Source of the DNA: Oceanispirochaeta sp.
GTDB taxonomy: Bacteria; Spirochaetota; Spirochaetia; DSM-2461
DNA length: 64,000 nt
Reading direction: 5' to 3'
Assembly (NCBI GenBank): GCA_963663385.2
Contig: CAXXXD010000002.1
Location: 384,001 to 448,000 of the forward strand
A program made the position numbers and the translations under genes. Positions 10,066-20,491 of the stretch are shown here, in pieces. Under the pieces are notes generated by a model. That model worked only from the letters and a program-made list of their open reading frames with translations. It was not told where the DNA came from and made no database searches. Within the stretch, counting starts at the first letter, position 1; every line of letters begins with the position of its first letter.

Positions 10066-11496
10066 GTGGGGATATGCGATTTGCCAAGAAAACCTTTCTA
10101 CTTTTTTATTGTGTTCCTGATAATTCTATTCTTCCTTCCGGAGAGAAGTTACGGAATAGAATTCTCTCCGGAAGAACAGAACTGGCTGAACCGCACAGAA
10201 TCCCTGCGGTTCAGCGAGGTGGATTGGGAGCCTCTTTCCTATGCGTCCGATTATCCTGAGTACAAGGGGCTTATTGCGGATTATATGGAAATCCTCAGTG
10301 CCGTTTCCGGTATAGAATTCCAGTTTGTTCAAAGCCGGACCTGGGCTGACGTACTGAATAAGTACAGCCGGGGGGATATCGATTTAATCCCTGCCATAAG
10401 TTTAGACGATATGGTCGAAGCTGAAATCCTCCTGACCGAACCGTATATCTCGTTTCCCCTTGTGATCGTAACGAGACGCGACATTGATTTCATAAACAGT
10501 ACAGAGGAGCTGGAAGGACTGCTGGTAGGCGTCGGCGAAGGCTATACAAGTCACAATTTTCTCAAAAACGAACATCCTGAAATAGAACTAGTTCCCACAG
10601 ATGATGTGAGAGAAGGCCTCAAACTCCTTCAGAAAGGGCGAATCGATGCTTTTGTGGGTCATCTGGCTGTTGTCACAGCCGCCCTTAAAGAGTTCCGCAA
10701 CACTATGCATATAGCCGGGAAAACCGAATATACCTTTGAACACCGCATGGGAGTTTCTTCCGGAAACAAAGCGGCTGTTTCCGTTTTCAACAAGATCTTC
10801 CAAAGTATCACTCCGGAGGAACATAACCGGATCTACAACAAATGGATCAGGATAAACAGGACATCCGTGGATTACTCCCTTGTCTGGAAAATCCTGATTG
10901 GCTCCCTGTTTATCATTACTTTTTCTATTTTATGGAATATCCGTATCAACCGTCTGGTAGGTGAACTGAGACGTCTTAAAAATGAACTGGAAGAGAAAAA
11001 CCAGAAGCTGAATACCCAGGCTGTAACAGATCAGCTGACCGGTTTATATAATCGCATCAGACTGGATGAAGCCCTGAATTCCGAAATGGCCCGGCAAGTC
11101 CGATACAACCATGTTTTCGGACTTGTTCTGATGGATGTCGATCATTTTAAAAAAGTTAACGATATATACGGGCATACCACCGGAGACCGGGTCCTTGTCT
11201 GCCTGTCCCGGCTGCTGCAGGCCAATGTACGCAAAACAGATACTCTGGGAAGATGGGGCGGGGAGGAATTCCTTCTGATCTGTCCGGATGTAGACGAACA
11301 GAGTCTCCGGCTTCTGGCGGAAAAGCTGCGGAAAAGGATAGAAGAATACAACTTCCCCGGGGTCAGGCATTGTACCGTCAGTTTTGGAGCATCTCTCTTC
11401 CGAAAAGATGAAAGTCTGACCCAATTGCTGGAACGGACCGATAAAGCTCTTTATAAAGCAAAAGAGAACGGTCGAAACCAGGTGATCCTCTATTAA
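10066..11496 (+). CDS. Diguanylate cyclase with periplasmic family-3 binding domain
   Basis: Signal/TM, PBP domain, TM, coiled coil, DQLTGL, RKTD I-site, RWGGEEF; true start may be TTG at 10081. Confidence 0.9.
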   Translation: MGICDLPRKPFYFFIVFLIILFFLPERSYGIEFSPEEQNWLNRTESLRFSEVDWEPLSYASDYPEYKGLIADYMEILSAVSGIEFQFVQSRTWADVLNKYSRGDIDLIPAISLDDMVEAEILLTEPYISFPLVIVTRRDIDFINSTEELEGLLVGVGEGYTSHNFLKNEHPEIELVPTDDVREGLKLLQKGRIDAFVGHLAVVTAALKEFRNTMHIAGKTEYTFEHRMGVSSGNKAAVSVFNKIFQSITPEEHNRIYNKWIRINRTSVDYSLVWKILIGSLFIITFSILWNIRINRLVGELRRLKNELEEKNQKLNTQAVTDQLTGLYNRIRLDEALNSEMARQVRYNHVFGLVLMDVDHFKKVNDIYGHTTGDRVLVCLSRLLQANVRKTDTLGRWGGEEFLLICPDVDEQSLRLLAEKLRKRIEEYNFPGVRHCTVSFGASLFRKDESLTQLLERTDKALYKAKENGRNQVILY

Positions 11497-11776
11497 TGGC
11501 AGAAGGTGTTTTAAGAACCTTTTGAGACTATAATTCATACTCCTTTTTATTTATGAATGGTTCCGGGTTAATTCCAATACATACCTCCAGGTATTCGGAA
11601 TCATGGATATAGCAAAATAATGCTCTTATAGCAAATTATTGTCATAATAAGATAGTCATATATCGCAAAATTGAGCTCTGGCAGGATCAGTAAAGCTCCA
11701 CAGATAATAAAACCAATATCAGAGCGGGACTGTATGAGGCATTTCATCTTCCCGTCTCAAAAAGAAGGAGTATCCT

Positions 11777-13315
11777 ATGAAGCGTTTTTTATTGTTGTTT
11801 TTATTGATTCCCGTTATCTGCTTTGCCAAGGGAGGCCAGGAGACTGCAGATGATGACAAAGGCGTTGAAATTGTCGTTTACAATAACAGCGGCGCCATGA
11901 GCGCGGCACAGGGCGGTGCGTCCAGCGATCCTGAGTATGTGGAATATGTCAGGAATTATATCAAAGAGAAAACTGGTGTTAATGTTCTGGTTATTCCTCC
12001 CGTTATTGGACAGGAGGAGCAGAAATTGAATCTTCTGCTGGCCAGCGGCATACAGCTGGATGCCTTCTGGGGAAACTGGGACCAGTATTACAGCAAGAAT
12101 GTCATTCAGCCTCTTAATGATCTGGTAGATGAGTACGGTTCCCATATCCTGCCTCATTGGCCCGAAGAGTCTGTTGTGGCCATGAGCGACTCTGAGGGAA
12201 CACTCTGGGGAATCCCCCGGGTTACTCCTACCCTGGGCTGCAATCCCTGGGTCAGACAGGACTGGGTTGAAAAACTGGGTGTGAAATTCCCCGAAACCAT
12301 TGAGGAGCTGGAAACCTATATGGAAGCAGTCAGTCAGAACAAAGACAAGCTGGCCGGAGATTCCACCATTATCATGCTGGCTGAAATTGATGGAAAACAC
12401 GGTTCACAGGGGATCTATCAGACCTTTGTCGGCGGATTCACCGAGTATGGATTCTCCAACTGGATGGACAGGGATGGAAAACTCAAGCCCTACTATCTGC
12501 AGGATGGGTATACGGATTTTCTGAAAACCATGAACCGCTGGTTCAGCAAAGGGTATATGTATCCCGAGTTTGCCTCTCTTAACAGGCAGAAGGTACGGGA
12601 GCTGGTTAAAACAGGACATGTCGCCTCTACCGCGACATGGTACTCCAATGTCGCCAATGTACACTACGATATGAATCAGATTAATCCGGATGCCGAGTTT
12701 ATCCTGATTCAGGAAGGAATTGACGGCCCGATGGGGAAAGCCGAAACAGTCAAACCTGCCACCAGCCAGGGGCTTCTCGTCTCTTCCAGGAGCAAATACC
12801 CTGAGGCTGTCATCAAGGTAATGGATCTCTTCTATGCTTCGCCGGAGGCTTTCGCTGTCAGTCAGAAAGGGCCCAGAGGGACTAACTGGGAGTGGAGCGA
12901 CGAGGCCAGCGGTATATACGATCTGTTGACGGACCGGCTCAATTATATCCGGGATTTTGACTTTGCCGTCGGGCTTCCCGCTGCAGCTACTGCAGGAACA
13001 GCCAATCCCATGTTTGTTAAGGAAAACGAAGTCTGGGGGCTGGCCGGTCAGGGGAATAATCCTCCCACCGGTCTTGATCCTTCACGGGGTAAAATGCCTT
13101 TTGATGCAGGCGTTAAATACGACCCCAATATCCTGTCCGACCAGATCGCCGGTTACAGCGACATACAGAGAATGGTTGAGGAACAGCAGATCCGCTTCAT
13201 TATCGGCGAGCGTCCTCTTTCCGAATGGGACTCTTTCATCGAAGAGCTGTATGAAGCCGGACTACAGGAGTGGATTGATGTCCATACGGATATCTATAAG
13301 GAAGCCACCCGTTAA
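11777..13315 (+). CDS. Carbohydrate ABC transporter solute-binding protein (LplA-like)
   Basis: Signal peptide; WVRQDWVEKLG..PETIEEL; FIIGERPLSEWDSF C-terminus; upstream of two permeases. Confidence 0.88.
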   Translation: MKRFLLLFLLIPVICFAKGGQETADDDKGVEIVVYNNSGAMSAAQGGASSDPEYVEYVRNYIKEKTGVNVLVIPPVIGQEEQKLNLLLASGIQLDAFWGNWDQYYSKNVIQPLNDLVDEYGSHILPHWPEESVVAMSDSEGTLWGIPRVTPTLGCNPWVRQDWVEKLGVKFPETIEELETYMEAVSQNKDKLAGDSTIIMLAEIDGKHGSQGIYQTFVGGFTEYGFSNWMDRDGKLKPYYLQDGYTDFLKTMNRWFSKGYMYPEFASLNRQKVRELVKTGHVASTATWYSNVANVHYDMNQINPDAEFILIQEGIDGPMGKAETVKPATSQGLLVSSRSKYPEAVIKVMDLFYASPEAFAVSQKGPRGTNWEWSDEASGIYDLLTDRLNYIRDFDFAVGLPAAATAGTANPMFVKENEVWGLAGQGNNPPTGLDPSRGKMPFDAGVKYDPNILSDQIAGYSDIQRMVEEQQIRFIIGERPLSEWDSFIEELYEAGLQEWIDVHTDIYKEATR

Positions 13316-13355
13316 TTCTTTTGGATAAATTGCAGGGTGCCTGAGCACCCTGCCT

Positions 13356-14309
13356 TTGGAGAATAAGATTAAAGTGAAATCTATTAAAAAGAAAGGCGGC
13401 TTCCATCAGGGACGGAAAGAGATCCTGCCGCTGTATGTGATTATGCTGCCCGGACTGCTCTATTTTTGTGTATTCAGATATCTCCCTCTGCTGGGGACCC
13501 TCGTTGCATTCAAGGATGTGGCACCCTTCGAGGGGATCGAAGCTATCTTTACGGCTCCCTGGGCAGGATTGAAGCATTTCAGGAAATTCATCTCTTCCCA
13601 TTTTTTCTGGAATATCCTGGGGAATACCTTTGTGCTGGCCGGACTCCGTATGGTTTTTGAATTCATCCTGCCTATCGGTCTGGCTCTGATGATTAACGAG
13701 ATACGGCATATTAAATTCAAGAAAGCCATCCAGACCATATCCTATCTTCCCTATTTTATATCCAATGTGGTACTGGCGGGTATGGTCTTTAATCTTCTCT
13801 CCCTGAATGGGGGGCTTCTGCCTGAAATTATCCGTTTTTTCGGGGGACAGCCGGAATATTATGTAGGGAACTCAGGCAGTTTCCGAACTGTGCTGATTAC
13901 AGCTATTGTCTGGAAAAACGTGGGGTGGGGGACTATTATCTACCTGGCCGCCCTGACAGGAATCGATCCGCAGCTTTATGAGGCTGCAGAGATCGACGGC
14001 GCAGGCGTCTGGCAGAAAACCTGGAAAATTACCCTGCCCAGTATCAGTTACGCCATCGTTATCATGTTTCTTCTCCGCATTTCGGTGGTATTGAATCAGG
14101 GCTATGAAGAGACCCTGCTGCTGTACAGTCCTCCGGTCTATCAGGTAGCGGATATTATCGACACCTATGTTTTCAGGATCGGCCTGGAGCAGATGAATTT
14201 CTCCTTTGCTACTGCTGTTGGTTTGTTCAAATCCCTGCTGGCCCTGCTGCTGGTGGGATTGTCCAACTGGTCTACCCGGAAAATGGGGCAGGACAGCCTC
14301 TATACCTAA
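13356..14309 (+). CDS. Carbohydrate ABC permease (LplB-like)
   Basis: QTISYLPYFIS; IDPQLYEAAEIDGA EAA loop. Confidence 0.92.
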   Translation: MENKIKVKSIKKKGGFHQGRKEILPLYVIMLPGLLYFCVFRYLPLLGTLVAFKDVAPFEGIEAIFTAPWAGLKHFRKFISSHFFWNILGNTFVLAGLRMVFEFILPIGLALMINEIRHIKFKKAIQTISYLPYFISNVVLAGMVFNLLSLNGGLLPEIIRFFGGQPEYYVGNSGSFRTVLITAIVWKNVGWGTIIYLAALTGIDPQLYEAAEIDGAGVWQKTWKITLPSISYAIVIMFLLRISVVLNQGYEETLLLYSPPVYQVADIIDTYVFRIGLEQMNFSFATAVGLFKSLLALLLVGLSNWSTRKMGQDSLYT

Positions 14310-14322
14310 AGGAGAATATTGA

Positions 14323-15201
14323 ATGAGTTTAAGATTTCCCAGCAAGGGAGAAAAGATATTCAGAATAGTCAATGCGGGGGTGCTGATACTGATCTCTCTC
14401 CTTTTTCTGATTCCCTTTCTGACAGTTTTTATGACCAGCTTTGTTTCGGAACAGGAGTATATCCAGCGCGGCCCCTTTATCCTGATTCCCCATACCATAG
14501 ACTGGGGCGCCTATAAGATGCTTCTGTTTCAGGGGAAGGCTGTGTTTAATGCCTATAAAATCACAGTTTTCAGGACTTTCCTTGGAACAGTGGTTCAGGT
14601 CCTGGCGACGAGCCTCCTGGCCTATGGACTGAGCAAGAGCCATCTGCCGGGGCGGAAGATTCTAATTTCGGCACTGGTTCTCTGTATTGTCTTTCCGGTT
14701 CAGATAATCCCACTGTTTCTGCTCAACAAGAGCCTGGGACTGATTGATTCGGTCTGGTCTCTTATCTGGCCCCGTCTGATCAATACGCAGTATGTGTTTA
14801 TCATGATGGCCTTTTTCAGACAGATCCCGGACAGCCTGGAAGAGTCCGCCCGTCTGGACGGCTGCAGTCTTTACCAGACTTTTCTGCGGATTATCCTTCC
14901 TCTGAGTCTTCCGTCTCTGGTTACAATCGGTCTTTTCTATGCGGTCTGGCAGTGGAATGACTGGTTCGATGCGGCCATGTTTCTGATCAGCCAGGATAAG
15001 CTGCCTGTTCAGAATCTGCTCAGAACGATACTACTGTCTTCCACCATGAGTGAAGTCATTACAACAGGCCAGTCTCCCCCTCCCGGGGAAGCGATTAAGG
15101 GCGCCGTAATCGTCATATCCACCCTGCCGATTCTGCTGGCCTATCCCTTTATTCAGAAATATTTTGTAAAAGGGATGATGATCGGATCGGTAAAAGGTTA
15201 A
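14323..15201 (+). CDS. Carbohydrate ABC permease (LplC-like)
   Basis: IPDSLEESARLDG; YPFIQKYFVKGMMIGSVKG. Confidence 0.92.
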   Translation: MSLRFPSKGEKIFRIVNAGVLILISLLFLIPFLTVFMTSFVSEQEYIQRGPFILIPHTIDWGAYKMLLFQGKAVFNAYKITVFRTFLGTVVQVLATSLLAYGLSKSHLPGRKILISALVLCIVFPVQIIPLFLLNKSLGLIDSVWSLIWPRLINTQYVFIMMAFFRQIPDSLEESARLDGCSLYQTFLRIILPLSLPSLVTIGLFYAVWQWNDWFDAAMFLISQDKLPVQNLLRTILLSSTMSEVITTGQSPPPGEAIKGAVIVISTLPILLAYPFIQKYFVKGMMIGSVKG

Positions 15202-15313
15202 AAAATAGTATAGTATTTTTATACGGGACTGACAGGAAGATTTCCCACAGTTCTCTTATGCAGCCGTGTTTCCCGGGGCAGTCCCGTCTTTCTTTTGTAA
15301 ACAGGAGAAAACC

Positions 15314-17596
15314 TTGCCTTTTCATTTTATACGACGTTACTATGTCCGTATTCTGTTCTTCCTTGCTCTTTCAGCCCTTGTACCGACTCTATGGCTGGCT
15401 GCCGTATTGAACAGCCGGACATCAACCCTGCTTCGGGAAGCTGAGAATGAAACTTCGATACATTATCTGAAGCAGTTCTCCCATACAACGACTCTGCTGC
15501 TGAAGCAGCTGGAGGATACGGTCCGCCTGCTGCAGATGGGGCGCGATTTCGTTTCATACGAGAGTTTCCCGGATAAGGATTATTTCAGGAATTTTCAGGA
15601 GCATTATAATCTGGACAGAATCGCAGAATACTCCCGCTACCTGAGTCTGCGGGCCGGCATCAATCGTAATCTGGAACAGTTTGCCACCACTTCGGAATTT
15701 ATCCGCTCTGTATATGCCTATGATCCTCAAACCCGGGAAGTCTTCTCCCTTGAACTGATACCTACGCCTCTGCAGATCTTTCCGGACAAGGAGTGGTATA
15801 GCAGCCTTTCCGGTATAACCCTGCCCACCCTGATAGGCCCTTTTCTGAACAGAAACAAAGAGCTTTCCATCTATCAGGTTTTTCCTTCCGCCAATAAGGA
15901 CGGAATGGTTTTTGTAGTGGATTTGAATCTTTCCTCTCTCTACCGCTTCCTCTGGGAACAGATAGCCCCTCCCATCTGTCATCAGTTTTTTGTTCTGGAT
16001 AAGTCGGGCACCCCTCTGATCTATAATCCCGAGGAGGAGAAAGCAATCCACTCTCTGGCCTGGAATCTGAATCTGAAGGAACAGGGGCTCCGGGACATCA
16101 CTCTGGACCGCAGCAGTCTGCTGGTCGCTTCGTACAGCAACAGGCTCCTGGGATGGACTTTCCATACGATCAATGACAGAACCCAGTTTTACCGAATCTT
16201 CCGGAAAAACAGGACTTCCATGTTTTTTGTCCTGATACCCCTGATCTTTATTCTTTTAACCATGCTGCTCCTGCTGCAGCGAAGGCTCTACTCTCCTATC
16301 GGCCGGATGGTGAACAGGATCAGTCCGGAAAGAACCGATGGGGCGGTGGATGAGATGGTCTTTCTGCAGGAGTGGATGGATCAGAACGAAACGGAACGGG
16401 TGTACCAGGAGGAGATGCTGACACGCACACTTCCTGCCTATAAACTGAATTTTCTGCACAGACTGCTGGATGGCCGGCAGAATCCGGGTGGTTCCGCCCT
16501 GATCAGGGAAGAGGTCGCACAGCTTGGGATCCCTTTTTCCCCTGACGGCCTGAGGATCGCATCCTTTTTCCCGGATGATGTCAGCCAGTTTCCCCTGCTG
16601 ATGGAGAAGTTGAGTCTCTGGTGCGAACAATACCCCTATGGGGCGGTTCCTATGGTAAAGAACCGATTGGCTATTGCCATTCTGGATGGGGGCGGGATGG
16701 AATATACGGAAATCTGTGCCTCTCTGGATGATTTTACCCGTCAGATTTCCCGGGAATGTTTCTGGAAAGTATACGGTGCCCTTACTCCGGATACTTTTCC
16801 CCTGATACATCTGCCCTATGCCATGAAGCAGGTGGAGTCCTGCCTGCGGAACTATCTGAAATACCCTCATGGAACTCCCATTGAAAAACTGGGAGTTCCC
16901 CCGAAAGGGGAGAGCGCCGGACTGTATTTTCCGGAAGATCTGCTGCTGGAGATGGCAGAGGCTCTGCGTCAGGGGGAAGAGGATAAGGCCGCCCGTTTTG
17001 TTGACAGGATATTTGAGAATCCGGGATCAGAGCCTGCTGCTGTTTCAGCGGGTGAGGTCCAGCATTTTTATATACGGGTTGTCAGTACCCTGCTGGCGCG
17101 CTTGCATGATCAGGGACTGGATACGGATTACACCGATAATGAAGGAAGGGATCTTTTTGTCTCTCTGATAGCTCAACGTTCCCTGGAGGATATAAAGCGC
17201 TGGTTTCATGCTTTCTGCCGGCAGATATCCGGTCTTTCGCAAAACCGCGGAAACGATACAAATGCGGCTTTCTATATTGAAAGGGCTGAGCAGCTGATGG
17301 AACAGCAGCTGGGCGAAAGCATAGCCCTGTCTTCTGTGGCAGAGCAGATCGGGATCTCCTCCTTCTATTTAAGCCGGATCTTCAAGGAAGAGAAAAAAGA
17401 GAGTTTTACTGACTATCTGACCGGTCTGCGCATGAAAAAGGCCCGGATTTTGCTGGAGGATCCCGCATTGAAAATCAACACTATCGCAGAACAGGTCGGA
17501 TATTGGAGCGGGAACTATTTTATTAAAGTTTTTAAAAAATACTATGGGGTTACCCCCGGAGAGTTCAGGAGAACTCTCCGGCAGAGAAAGGCATAA
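15314..17596 (+). CDS. Membrane-spanning AraC-family regulator (YesS-like)
   Basis: Two TM helices flank a Cache-like domain; C-terminal AraC double HTH; TTG start at 15314 follows AGGAG. Confidence 0.85.
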   Translation: MPFHFIRRYYVRILFFLALSALVPTLWLAAVLNSRTSTLLREAENETSIHYLKQFSHTTTLLLKQLEDTVRLLQMGRDFVSYESFPDKDYFRNFQEHYNLDRIAEYSRYLSLRAGINRNLEQFATTSEFIRSVYAYDPQTREVFSLELIPTPLQIFPDKEWYSSLSGITLPTLIGPFLNRNKELSIYQVFPSANKDGMVFVVDLNLSSLYRFLWEQIAPPICHQFFVLDKSGTPLIYNPEEEKAIHSLAWNLNLKEQGLRDITLDRSSLLVASYSNRLLGWTFHTINDRTQFYRIFRKNRTSMFFVLIPLIFILLTMLLLLQRRLYSPIGRMVNRISPERTDGAVDEMVFLQEWMDQNETERVYQEEMLTRTLPAYKLNFLHRLLDGRQNPGGSALIREEVAQLGIPFSPDGLRIASFFPDDVSQFPLLMEKLSLWCEQYPYGAVPMVKNRLAIAILDGGGMEYTEICASLDDFTRQISRECFWKVYGALTPDTFPLIHLPYAMKQVESCLRNYLKYPHGTPIEKLGVPPKGESAGLYFPEDLLLEMAEALRQGEEDKAARFVDRIFENPGSEPAAVSAGEVQHFYIRVVSTLLARLHDQGLDTDYTDNEGRDLFVSLIAQRSLEDIKRWFHAFCRQISGLSQNRGNDTNAAFYIERAEQLMEQQLGESIALSSVAEQIGISSFYLSRIFKEEKKESFTDYLTGLRMKKARILLEDPALKINTIAEQVGYWSGNYFIKVFKKYYGVTPGEFRRTLRQRKA

Positions 17597-17679
17597 GAGG
17601 GAAACGGCCTTTCCCCGCCTCCCGGATTAAGGGCATGTTTGAATTCAGAAGCCGGATGGCACCGGACAAACCCGAGGTT

Positions 17680-19326
17680 CTACACTGTACGGTAGAACCG
17701 CTTGGCAATATAGGCGATATGCCCATTAATCCGTGAAAAGTAGGATATCAGATCCAGGTGAACCGAAGAGGTGGCAATGGACTCCGCCTGCCCCCTGGAG
17801 AGGCGTTCAATATGCATCTTTTTGTACTTTTCCTCCTCTTTCTTCTTGTGGGAATCCAGAACGGCCTTGGCTTTATCCCCGTCGCAGTCTTTAATGGCAG
17901 CCATAAGGTTTTCAAAGTTCCGGTTTACTTTAAAGATCAGGTGTTCCAGTTCATGGAACCCCTCTTCGGAGAACACGAGATTCTGATCGATCTTCTTGGT
18001 GGCCAGGCTCATGATATTTTTGTCAATAATATCCCCGATGGACTCCAGCTCGTTCTGAATATACATATAGTTCATGCAGAGTTCCGACTCCTTCAGAGTC
18101 ATCTCCTCCTGGGAGAGACGGGCCAGGAAAGGGATGATAATCTTATGAAGCGTATCAACCTTCGAGTCCAGCTCGCTGACCCGTTCAAATACGGAAGGAT
18201 CCTTGCTTCTGAAGGCGGACTTCATTTCCAGAATCATTTCATGAACAAGATCAGCCACACGGAGGATCTCTTTTTTTGTCATCAGAAGAGAGAGCTCCAC
18301 GCCATTATTAATTATCTGCTTCTTGATATATTTGGCGCCGAAAGGTTTGGGAGCCTCCCGCTCGGGGAACATTCTGTTAAAGAGACGTAGAATCAGCTTC
18401 AGGTTGGGGAAAACGATCAGGTGGTTGATTACGGGCATAAAGGTAAAACCCATGGCTATTTGGCGGGCCAGGCTGTCCGTTCCCAGAACATGGAGGGTAA
18501 ACCACTTGATTCCCCAGATATAGAGCCGTTCTCCCTGATAGGGGATGCAGAGAAGGATAAATACCCATATGGCTCCTATCATCTGAAACATTATATGGAT
18601 ATAGGCGGACCGCTTGGCCTCCCAGTTCAGGGTGATACTGCCCAGAACCGCTGTAATACAGGTTCCCACAGCGGCTCCCAGGTTGATGGGAATAGCCTGT
18701 TCCAGGGAGATGGAACCAGCTATGGCCATGGCGATGGTAATACTGGTTGTGGCTCCCGAAGACTGAATAATCATGGTAAAAACAAGACCCAGCAGTATAC
18801 CCAGGATAGGAGTTTCAATATTCTTCATCAGTTGAATAAAGGGCTCATAGGTTCTGAGGGGTTTGAGGGAGGAGGACATCATATCCATCCCCAGAAACAA
18901 CAGGCCGAAGGTAAAAATCGTCATGGCTATATGCTGGGTCTTCTTTGTTTTTACCGAGATTTTCATCATGAAACCGATGAAAACAATAAATGTGGAAAAC
19001 TTTGTTATGGAGGGGAAAGCGATAAGCTGAGGCAGAAAAGTAGACCCCAGTTCCGCTCCGAGGGTAACCGCCAGACTCTGTTGAAACGTCATCAGTCCGG
19101 CTCCGACAAGAGCCGCTTCCAGAACCGTCGTAGCCGATGAGGACTGGTTGACAATCGTAATACCCAAACCTGTCAGGTAGCCCCGGGCCGGTCCTTTTGT
19201 AAGGGTCATCATTATGGCCTTCATTTTTCCGCCTGCAATGGAAGTCAGGTGTTTGTTCATTTCCATCATTCCGTATAGAAAGATCGCCAGTCCGCCCACC
19301 AGGGAAAACAAATTCCAAATGCTCAT
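17680..19326 (-). CDS. Na+/phosphate cotransporter family protein with PhoU-like C-terminus
   Basis: Repeated QSSSATT / QSSGATT motifs, GAxxG(S/T); ELESIGD and SSVHLD in the C-terminal domain; ATG at 19326 follows GAGGT. Confidence 0.9.
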   Translation of the reverse strand: MSIWNLFSLVGGLAIFLYGMMEMNKHLTSIAGGKMKAIMMTLTKGPARGYLTGLGITIVNQSSSATTVLEAALVGAGLMTFQQSLAVTLGAELGSTFLPQLIAFPSITKFSTFIVFIGFMMKISVKTKKTQHIAMTIFTFGLLFLGMDMMSSSLKPLRTYEPFIQLMKNIETPILGILLGLVFTMIIQSSGATTSITIAMAIAGSISLEQAIPINLGAAVGTCITAVLGSITLNWEAKRSAYIHIMFQMIGAIWVFILLCIPYQGERLYIWGIKWFTLHVLGTDSLARQIAMGFTFMPVINHLIVFPNLKLILRLFNRMFPEREAPKPFGAKYIKKQIINNGVELSLLMTKKEILRVADLVHEMILEMKSAFRSKDPSVFERVSELDSKVDTLHKIIIPFLARLSQEEMTLKESELCMNYMYIQNELESIGDIIDKNIMSLATKKIDQNLVFSEEGFHELEHLIFKVNRNFENLMAAIKDCDGDKAKAVLDSHKKKEEEKYKKMHIERLSRGQAESIATSSVHLDLISYFSRINGHIAYIAKRFYRTV

Positions 19327-19377
19327 ACAATACCTCTTTTTATAAATCAAGAGCAGGGATCAGGATTTCTCTTTCAG

Positions 19378-19483
19378 CCCGCCCCCCTTAATCCCCCTGA
19401 CCATTCCGCTACGCTTCATTGCTCGGGGATGCAACCGCCCTCTCCTTCGGATCCCCCGAGCACAGTCGAGGGGGGAGAAGGGC
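19378..19483. repeat. REP-like intergenic palindromic element
   Basis: CCCCCCTTAATCCCCC and CCCGAGCACAGTCGAGG motifs shared with 22960-23150 and 49155-49194. Confidence 0.6.
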
Positions 19484-19491
19484 TCTTTTTT

Positions 19492-20370
19492 TTATTTTTT
19501 AAATCCGATCTCTTCCATTCTTTTGTAAACATCCTCGGAGGTTCCTTTAAAAGGACCGGGTGCTTCCATCTTCATGGAGCAGAGAGCCGCCGCATAATAA
19601 ACCGCTTCTCCGGGACCGGCTTCCAGTCTTTTGGCCAGATAGGCTGCAAAGGTTGTATCTCCCCGGCCTGTTCTTCCTGAAAGGTTGGAGGGATTGTAGG
19701 GCGCTCTGTAGAACTGTCCATCCACCAGAACGAGGACTTCATTGTTATGAGTTACCATAACTTCCTTCGCGCCCAGAGCGGCCAGTTTCTTTGCGGCTTC
19801 TTCCCGGTCAGAAAGGCCTGTCATGATTTCGGCTTCCGCTGCATCGGTTTTCAGATAGGTTACTTTGGGCATCAGCTCTTCTGCGGCATCCCAGTTCCGG
19901 AAAAGGAGGTTCCCCTCTTCGTTGCACCGCAAAAGGCCCTGTGCATCAACGGCGACCTCTCCTTTCCCTGCGAAGTAGGAGATAAAATCATCGGGAATTT
20001 CGTTTCTGAAAAGACCGGCCAGATGAAAGATTCTGCTTTCGCATTCCGGAAAATCCTTTACATCAAAGTAATCCGCCTGGGAGAGGAGGGTTACCTGGCG
20101 TCTCTCTTTATCTGCTGTAAAGTAGATGTTCTCTATGCTGGTCGTTTTTTCCGAATCCAGTCTGGTAACTTCAACATTCTGCTCTCGCATGATATCCAGA
20201 GCGCTGTCATCTTCCTCCGCTGCTTTTGTAATAACACGGACCGATTTTCCAGTGCGGGCTGCGGCAATGGATGAGTAGATTACAGGACCACCTGTGAACC
20301 TGTTTTCATCCTCTTTGTAAATCATGATATCCTTGGATATATGACCAACCATTGTAATATCGAATTTCAT
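19492..20370 (-). CDS. PfkB-family carbohydrate kinase
   Basis: N-terminal GG motif, VDAQG, GRTGRGDTTFAAY (variant of DTxGAGD). Confidence 0.85.
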   Translation of the reverse strand: MKFDITMVGHISKDIMIYKEDENRFTGGPVIYSSIAAARTGKSVRVITKAAEEDDSALDIMREQNVEVTRLDSEKTTSIENIYFTADKERRQVTLLSQADYFDVKDFPECESRIFHLAGLFRNEIPDDFISYFAGKGEVAVDAQGLLRCNEEGNLLFRNWDAAEELMPKVTYLKTDAAEAEIMTGLSDREEAAKKLAALGAKEVMVTHNNEVLVLVDGQFYRAPYNPSNLSGRTGRGDTTFAAYLAKRLEAGPGEAVYYAAALCSMKMEAPGPFKGTSEDVYKRMEEIGFKK

Positions 20371-20392
20371 TTTTCTGATCTCCTAAATAAAA

Positions 20393-20470
20393 GCACACGT
20401 GTGAGAGAGAAATACTATTTCTGACTCACACGTGTGCGTAGATTGTAGATTGAATCTCCCTGTTTGTAAA
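20393..20470 (-). promoter_or_regulatory. Promoter with twin CACACGTGTG operators for the pfkB kinase (and probably the Na/Pi gene)
   Basis: Minus-strand TTTACA-17-TACAAT, then palindromes at 20425-20438 and 20393-20405. Confidence 0.75.
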
Positions 20471-20491
20471 GAGAGAATTTTACACAAGTTC

